Source: Candidatus Krumholzibacteriales bacterium (GTDB taxonomy: Bacteria; Krumholzibacteriota; Krumholzibacteriia; Krumholzibacteriales; WJIX01). From it: a stretch of 31,688 nt of DNA. The position numbers were made by a program, and so were the translations under genes. Location of the stretch: positions 1 through 31,688 of the forward strand of contig JAWODM010000063.1 of the NCBI GenBank assembly GCA_046483305.1, read 5' to 3'. This document shows positions 26,250 through 31,688 of the stretch, in pieces. The number at the start of each line of letters is the position of its first letter. Position 1 is the stretch's first letter. The notes below the pieces were generated by a model that made no database searches, had not been told where the DNA came from, and saw nothing but the letters and a program-made list of their open reading frames with translations.

Positions 26250-28529
26250 TCAGCCGCATTTTGAATATCCGCACTCACGGCAAACCGCGCATCCGCTCTC
26301 AGGCTCCAGTACGCCTCCGCACTCGGGGCAGAACCCCGAGATATTAGCCAGCAATCCCTCCTGCTCCTTCTCTTCCTTTTTCCCGGTTATTTCATCGGAG
26401 GCCAGAATATCCTTATCTATGGCCTTGGCGATTGCGTCACTGCAGGACAGGACCATCCCGTCATTCTCCCAGCCAGGGTTGGGACAGCGGATTCCCCGCA
26501 GCTGCTTTACTATCTCCTTCGGATCTATGCCGGCTCTGAGAGCGAGCGATATCAGCCTGCTGATAGCCTCCGACTGAGACGCGGAACATCCGCCCGCCTT
26601 TCCCATCTGAGAGAACGCCTCAAAAGCCCCGTACTCATCCCTGTTGATGGTGACATACAGGTTCCCGCAGCCGGTGGTCATCTTCCAGGTCCTTCCCACC
26701 GTAACCTCCGGCCTTGGCCTGGGGCCAATCAGCTCTCCCTTCTCCCTCCTGTGCTCCACCTCGCCCCGGTTTACTTCTCCAATATTGAGTACCTGTTCCT
26801 GCCTGCTGCCGTCCCGGTATATGGTCACTCCCTTGCAGCCGAGTTTATAGGCCTGAATGTAAGCATGCTTCACATCTTCCCTGGTGGCCGAGTTGGGGAA
26901 ATTAACCGTTTTGGATACTGCGTTATCGGTATACTTCTGGAATGCCCCCTGTATCCTGATATGCCAGTCAGGGCTGATATCGTGCGCCGTCACAAACACT
27001 CTCTGCCATTTTTCCGGCACTTCCTCCATACCCCTCACCGATCCCCTCTCCGCAATGCTCCTCATAAGTTCTTCGCTGTAAAATCCCTCTTTCCTGGCTA
27101 CCGATTCAAAATGGGGATTTACCTCCAGCAGCTCGTCGTTATCCATCACGTTTCTCTTGAATACGATTCCGAAGATCGGTTCCACCCCGCTGGAACAGCC
27201 CGCTATTATACTGACCGTGCCGGTGGGGGCGATAGTGGTTACAGTGGCATTTCTTATCTCTCCGGCGGGAAAACCCGCGTTGTCTTCAGATTCCGGACTG
27301 TCATAGACCGAACCCTTGAAGTTGGGAAAAGGGCCTCTCTCGGCGGCGAGTTTCATACTCGTCTTCCTCGCCTCTCTCTGTATGAAGCCCATTACCTCTT
27401 CGGCTACTTCCAGAGACTCATCCGAATCATAGGCTATCTCAAGCTGGATCAGCATATCGGCAAAACCCATAACTCCCAGGCCGATCTTCCTGTTGGAGAG
27501 CGTCATATCCCGGATCTGCTTTATCGGATACCTGTTAACATCTATTACATCATCCAGGAAACGTACCGCTTTGGAGACCACTTCGCCGAGTTTGTCGAAA
27601 TCTATCTTATTTCTCCCATCCTCGGTCTTTACCATGTGAGAGAGATTCACCGATCCCAGATTGCATGATTCATAAGGCAGGAGCGGTTGCTCTCCGCAGG
27701 GGTTGGTGCTTTCGATCTCGCCGACCTGGGGGGTTGGGTTATCACTGTTGAGGCGGTCGAGAAAAACAATGCCCGGCTCTCCGTTCTTCCATGCAAGCTC
27801 TGTTATCATGTTGAAGACCTTGCGGGCGGGAAGGGTTTTCTCAACCTTATCGCCGTGCGGATTTACCAGGTCGTACTCCTGATCCTTCTCCACCGCTTCC
27901 ATGAATTCTTCTGTAATACCCACCGATATATTGAAATTGTTTAATTTGTCATTATCTCTCTTGGCCGTTATGAAATCAACTATGTCCGGATGGTCCACCC
28001 GCAGGATTGCCATGTTCGCGCCCCTCCTGGTCCCTCCCTGTTTAACGGTTTCCGTGGCGGCATCGAAAACAGTCATGAATGATATGGGACCGCTGGAAAC
28101 CCCCTTGGTGGTATTTACCACATCGTTCTTCGGCCTGATCCTGGAAAATGAGAATCCGGTACCGCCGCCGCTCTTATGAATCAGGGCGGTCTGTTTGATG
28201 GTCTCGAATATACTGTCCATCGAATCCTTGATCGGCAGCACAAAACAGGCCGAGAGCTGCTGAAGCTCCGCCCCCGCGTTCATCAGTGTCGGCGAATTGG
28301 GAAGAAAATCAAGAGAGGCTGTTAGATTGTAAAACTCCCTTTCCCATCTCTTCTGTTCATCTCTTCCCCCGTAATTCCTCTCCGCGGAAGCGATGTTCTC
28401 CGAAACCCTCTCAAACATCTGGGTGGGATTCTCCACCAGCTCACCATTGACATCCTTCTGCAGATACCTCTTCTCCAGGACCCGTCTGGCGTTCTCTCCT
28501 ATTCTCGGCTCATTTCTATCCCTTGACAT
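26250..28529 (-). CDS. nrdJ: Class II (adenosylcobalamin-dependent) ribonucleotide reductase with TSCPD-like domain and C-terminal zinc ribbon
   Basis: PNSPTLMNAG, LSACFV, GGTRRGANM, STNPCGEQPL, CNLGS, GLGVMG, IAPTGT, SKTVN, KGVTIYRDGSR, TGCGNLYVTIN, CPECG...CRECGYSKC. Start set to ATG 28529 behind GGGAGG. Confidence 0.96.
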   Translation of the reverse strand: MSRDRNEPRIGENARRVLEKRYLQKDVNGELVENPTQMFERVSENIASAERNYGGRDEQKRWEREFYNLTASLDFLPNSPTLMNAGAELQQLSACFVLPIKDSMDSIFETIKQTALIHKSGGGTGFSFSRIRPKNDVVNTTKGVSSGPISFMTVFDAATETVKQGGTRRGANMAILRVDHPDIVDFITAKRDNDKLNNFNISVGITEEFMEAVEKDQEYDLVNPHGDKVEKTLPARKVFNMITELAWKNGEPGIVFLDRLNSDNPTPQVGEIESTNPCGEQPLLPYESCNLGSVNLSHMVKTEDGRNKIDFDKLGEVVSKAVRFLDDVIDVNRYPIKQIRDMTLSNRKIGLGVMGFADMLIQLEIAYDSDESLEVAEEVMGFIQREARKTSMKLAAERGPFPNFKGSVYDSPESEDNAGFPAGEIRNATVTTIAPTGTVSIIAGCSSGVEPIFGIVFKRNVMDNDELLEVNPHFESVARKEGFYSEELMRSIAERGSVRGMEEVPEKWQRVFVTAHDISPDWHIRIQGAFQKYTDNAVSKTVNFPNSATREDVKHAYIQAYKLGCKGVTIYRDGSRQEQVLNIGEVNRGEVEHRREKGELIGPRPRPEVTVGRTWKMTTGCGNLYVTINRDEYGAFEAFSQMGKAGGCSASQSEAISRLISLALRAGIDPKEIVKQLRGIRCPNPGWENDGMVLSCSDAIAKAIDKDILASDEITGKKEEKEQEGLLANISGFCPECGGVLEPESGCAVCRECGYSKCG

Positions 28530-28592
28530 CCTGACCTCCCATATTACACCAGGTTCTTCAGTAGTTATTAATGAATTTTTATCACTGATGAT

Positions 28593-28608
28593 GCTCAATA
28601 TTTTGTGG
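28593..28608. promoter_or_regulatory. NrdR box (proximal)
   Basis: GCTCAATATTTTGTGG compared with consensus acaCwAtATaTwGtgt, upstream of nrdJ. Confidence 0.75.
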
Positions 28609-28616
28609 TAAGCGCT

Positions 28617-28645
28617 ATATTACACACCAGATATAGTGGTGTCAA
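28617..28645 (-). promoter_or_regulatory. sigma70 promoter of nrdJ
   Basis: TTGACA (28645-28640), 17 nt, TAATAT (28622-28617). The distal NrdR box fills the spacer. Confidence 0.7.
28624..28639. promoter_or_regulatory. NrdR box (distal)
   Basis: ACACCAGATATAGTGG, starting 31 bp from the proximal box (typical tandem spacing). Confidence 0.8.
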
Positions 28646-28744
28646 CAGATAAAAGAAAAAAAACTGCAAACACAAAAGATAACTGAATTTACATTCTGGG
28701 AAGATCCGTTATTAACCAGAAATTAACATGAAAAGGGTTCACAA

Positions 28745-29500
28745 TCAGATTTTCAGCGCCTCCATCAATGTAATATTATCCCTTCCACCGGCGCTGACGG
28801 CCTTCCCGATCAGGCCGGGGCACCCTTTTCCTGTCAGAGCCAGCTCGGCGATTGTGCCCTCCGGCACCATCGAATACAGGCCGTCAGTGCATAGAATTAT
28901 CCTCTCTCCTGTCCCTACAGGAATATCCGGTATTATATCAGGGTCAACCCTCTCTGAAACCCCCACCGACCTGGTCATAACCGTTCTCCTGTCCATTATC
29001 AATCCGTCTTCCCCATCCTGTTTCATTCCTGAAACATATTTTTCGCGGCTGTGATCTTCCGTGAGCTGCCTCATTCCCCCCTCACCGATCAGGTATGCCC
29101 TCGAGTCACCGACGTGAGCTATGGTCAGGCTTCCGGGGAATAGGGCCGCAGCGGTGCACGTGGTCCCCGCTGTAACCTCCATTCCATCCCCCACCCTGTT
29201 GAATACTCTCCGGTTACTCTCCATGAAAGCCTGTCTGAGCTCCTCTGCGGGCCCTCCCTCTTCCGTTTTTTCAAAATACAGCTCGCCGAGTGAATCTATC
29301 ATAACCCGGCTGGCCCTCTCTCCCCGGAAGAGTCCCCCCATTCCGTCGGCCACCGCGATCATAACTCCCTTGCGCTGAAGCAGCTGATCAGTTTGCGGCC
29401 TGAATATTCCGAAGTAGTCCTGGTTCCTTTTCTTAACCGGCCCCGGGTCACTGGCGGCACAGATAACATAATCTCCGGTTTCTTCTCTGTAGACTCTCAT
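28745..29500 (-). CDS. PP2C-family Ser/Thr protein phosphatase
   Basis: RNQD, AVADGMGG, GTT, HVGDSRAY, TEDHS, LCTDGL, GGRDNIT. Confidence 0.9.
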   Translation of the reverse strand: MRVYREETGDYVICAASDPGPVKKRNQDYFGIFRPQTDQLLQRKGVMIAVADGMGGLFRGERASRVMIDSLGELYFEKTEEGGPAEELRQAFMESNRRVFNRVGDGMEVTAGTTCTAAALFPGSLTIAHVGDSRAYLIGEGGMRQLTEDHSREKYVSGMKQDGEDGLIMDRRTVMTRSVGVSERVDPDIIPDIPVGTGERIILCTDGLYSMVPEGTIAELALTGKGCPGLIGKAVSAGGRDNITLMEALKI

Positions 29501-29662
29501 AAGACACCTTGAAATCTCCGGTAATTATCAGCGGCCGTCCGGGATACGTCTTGAAAGCTGAAAAAACAGGTGGTAACATCTCATGAATTACATAGTATGA
29601 ATTTTGTGCCGTTTCAGTCAACAGATTAACCGGTATACGATAGCAAAGGGGCAGAGCAGCCT

Positions 29663-30355
29663 ATGAATAAGAATGTGGACAAACAGACAATAATGAATGA
29701 ACTGATGAGCGGTGTGACCACCGTGATTTTCGATTTCGATAATATAATCGCCGATTCCGAACCTTATCATTTCAGAGCCTATCAGAAGGTCTTTCTGGAT
29801 GAAGGCCATACCCTGGACAGAGACGAATACTGGAAGGAATGGACCTTCAGGGGGGGAGGCGCGGAAGGAGAGATCTCCAGGCATGAACTTGACCTGGACC
29901 CTGATTACATAAGGAGCAGGAAGGACCCCATATATTCCGCCTGGTGCCGGAGCGGCGAGATCGAAGTTTTCCCCGAAGCGCTGGAGATAATAAGGACACT
30001 GGACCGGAAAGGTTATTCCATGGCAGTGGCCTCAGGATCTTACAGCCATGATATTCTGGCTATAATAGATGGGAGTGGGCTGGGGAAATATTTCAGAACT
30101 GTTATCGGCAAGGATATGGTAGAAAACAGAAAACCTGACCCTGAAACATATCTCAAGGCCATGGAGGAACTGGGGGTAAAACCCTCCGAGTGCCTGGTGA
30201 TAGAGGATGCCGTAAAAGGAATTATCAGCGCCCACGCTGCGGGCATAAAGGTAATCGGAGTCAAAACCGACGTCACCGAAGGCCTGGACCTGGACGGGGC
30301 CGACCTGGTTGCTGATAATCTGAGCGAACTCCGCGCCCTTATGGATTCATTATAA
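29663..30355 (+). CDS. HAD-family phosphatase (beta-phosphoglucomutase/CbbY-like)
   Basis: IFDFDNIIADSE, VASGS, KPDPETY, IEDAVKGIISAHAAG. Confidence 0.9.
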   Translation: MNKNVDKQTIMNELMSGVTTVIFDFDNIIADSEPYHFRAYQKVFLDEGHTLDRDEYWKEWTFRGGGAEGEISRHELDLDPDYIRSRKDPIYSAWCRSGEIEVFPEALEIIRTLDRKGYSMAVASGSYSHDILAIIDGSGLGKYFRTVIGKDMVENRKPDPETYLKAMEELGVKPSECLVIEDAVKGIISAHAAGIKVIGVKTDVTEGLDLDGADLVADNLSELRALMDSL

Positions 30356-30416
30356 CAGGCAGACGCACGCTGGCCGGATGTCCAGTTAATATTCATGCCG
30401 GGGAAAATCCTGAGTT

Positions 30417-31415
30417 CTAATCGGATTTCATTTTCGATTTCAGAGCGCCCCAGCTGGTGATCTCCGCGTTTACCACCTTCTCCGCGATGGTTGTGTCAGT
30501 AGCGGCGCACTCCACGAACGAATTCCTGATTACTTCCTGGGATGCATCCATTGTCAGCGAAAAGGCGGTATAATAGATAACCACTCCCAGCGGGGGGTTG
30601 GTATGGAAGAAATACTGCTCCTGCCCCGGCGAGCTGTCAACCGTTACAACATGTTCCCCGTCGCCGTATGCGGTGGGGTAACCATCCAGGCTGTAACGAA
30701 TCATGGTCTTATCCCCTCCGCCGGCCGCCCAGGTCAGTTTTACGGAGTTGGCAACCCCCATCCCGGCTTCCAGGGCGGTAACCGCCGTGTTAGGTTCTTC
30801 GCAAATCGGTTTCTGGCAGTTGTAGAGATAAGAACTCCCTATATATCCGCCGTGATGCGGTGAAAAAGCGTAATATTCACGGCCAAACTGATCGGTGGCG
30901 TACATTCTGTTGATGGAAGAGACTTCCTGCAGATCCACCCAGACAGGGTCGTTCACGCCGGAAGGGATAATATTGACATAACCTGCCAGGGCTGGGCCGC
31001 AGACGGGAAATCCGGCTTCCAGTTTAACGGTATAATTATAGTAACCGGATATCTTCTGAATAGTGCCGTAGGATAGGCTGAATCCGTTGGCGGGAGTGAA
31101 AGAGCCGATGGAATCGCAGCTGCTGACAGAAAAGCCGAGCTCATAGATGCCTCCGTGCGCATTGTAGAAATAGACCGGGACCTGTATCGGCGATTCTCCC
31201 TGAACCAGGGCCCTGCTGCACTGAATATTCTCCGGAATAGCGCTGATATCTCCGAAATGGATGGCCAGCCTGACTATATAATTATATTTAAAGTAATCCT
31301 TATCCAGGTTCAGCGAACCATAGCATTGGGCTTGAACATCAGAATTCAGGTTGAAAAGAAGAGCCAGCGCAAAAGCGCATACCAATAATAATTTTGGCTC
31401 CGCCATCTTCTTCAT
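30417..31415 (-). CDS. Secreted hypothetical protein with Fn3-like domain and C-terminal SWGxxK tail
   Basis: Signal peptide (...DVQA-Q), Cys-containing N domain, Fn3-like VKLTW...IRYSLDGYP segment, ending VNAEITSWGALKSKMKSD. Confidence 0.75.
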   Translation of the reverse strand: MKKMAEPKLLLVCAFALALLFNLNSDVQAQCYGSLNLDKDYFKYNYIVRLAIHFGDISAIPENIQCSRALVQGESPIQVPVYFYNAHGGIYELGFSVSSCDSIGSFTPANGFSLSYGTIQKISGYYNYTVKLEAGFPVCGPALAGYVNIIPSGVNDPVWVDLQEVSSINRMYATDQFGREYYAFSPHHGGYIGSSYLYNCQKPICEEPNTAVTALEAGMGVANSVKLTWAAGGGDKTMIRYSLDGYPTAYGDGEHVVTVDSSPGQEQYFFHTNPPLGVVIYYTAFSLTMDASQEVIRNSFVECAATDTTIAEKVVNAEITSWGALKSKMKSD

Positions 31416-31479
31416 GATGTTTCTCCTTGTTGTTCGAGTACAGACGAAAGCCTTTATCGAGTTCTATTATTTCTATGTT

Positions 31480-31508
31480 ATTATCTCATATATGTACCTT
31501 AAAGTCAA
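31480..31508 (-). promoter_or_regulatory. Putative sigma70 promoter of the secreted protein
   Basis: Minus strand TTGACT, 17 nt, GATAAT with extended -10 TGn. Confidence 0.55.
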
Positions 31509-31539
31509 CCGGATATTTGATTGGAGTTTCCCCAATTTT

Positions 31540-31686
31540 TTAAGTGTCAAAGAGCGGCAGCTGTGATTTTTCCATCTCCAGCCTTCCATTCGGCAGAAAA
31601 GGCCTCTTAAATCCCTCCAGAAGAGCTTTTATTCCATCGGCAAGGGCATAGTATCTGAAGTCAGGGATACCGAAAAACCTCTTCGC
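31540..31686 (-). CDS. C-terminal end of an unidentified protein entering from beyond the window
   Basis: The only minus frame that stays open to 31540 reads ...AKRFFGIPDFRYYALADGIKALLEGFKRPFLPNGRLEMEKSQLPLFDT*, with its stop at the edge of an AT-rich intergenic region. Confidence 0.55.
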   Translation of the reverse strand, partial: AKRFFGIPDFRYYALADGIKALLEGFKRPFLPNGRLEMEKSQLPLFDT

Positions 31687-31688
31687 CT

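Noticed and set aside
26250..28700. Intein, ATP-cone or cobalamin riboswitch associated with nrdJ
   Set aside because: Catalytic motifs are contiguous with no insertion, the N-terminus is short, and the leader is short and AT-rich with NrdR boxes.
28745..29500. PP2C without an adjacent kinase as a novel signalling or defence module
   Set aside because: Stand-alone PP2C genes are common, and there is no kinase, vWA or FHA partner here.
508..30863. Many long antisense or alternate-frame ORFs in the track (e.g. 1293-2072+, 5281-5859+, 6210-6809+, 22773-23447+, 26751-27668+)
   Set aside because: They lie opposite or inside well-supported genes and have no recognisable motifs; this is typical of shadow ORFs in moderately GC-rich DNA.

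Overview
This is a bacterial window with about 26 real CDSs, mostly on the minus strand. I found no rRNA, tRNA, CRISPR array or transposase. A YPNPFN/FlgD-type C-terminal domain and a C-terminal 'SWGALKS' tail suggest an FCB-related candidate lineage such as Krumholzibacteriota or Latescibacterota (inference). The window has four parts. (1) 1-7049 is a sulfation cluster: two PAPS-dependent sulfotransferases, CysQ, a membrane-tethered divergent APS kinase, a Sat-CysC fusion, a membrane-anchored arylsulfotransferase (ASST), a tiny 'AYVGPGTG' membrane protein and an Oxa1-superfamily-like (DUF106/EMC3/TMCO1) membrane protein. (2) ~7050-12780 is a lower-GC block encoding a probable outer-membrane barrel and two Asp-box lipoproteins. 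(3) 12788-18833 is a lipid-linked glycosylation operon: DPM-synthase-like GT2, methyltransferase, FrhB-like Fe-S protein, GT-C-like protein and flippase-like protein. (4) 19057-31688 holds housekeeping genes: M24, M29 and M14 peptidases, corA, a PLP dehydratase, nrdJ with tandem NrdR boxes, PP2C and HAD phosphatases and a secreted protein. The best candidate for an undescribed system is the sulfation cluster. It may be a trans-membrane sulfate relay running from PAPS to a tyrosine-bearing micro-protein to an extracytoplasmic ASST; this is a hypothesis only.
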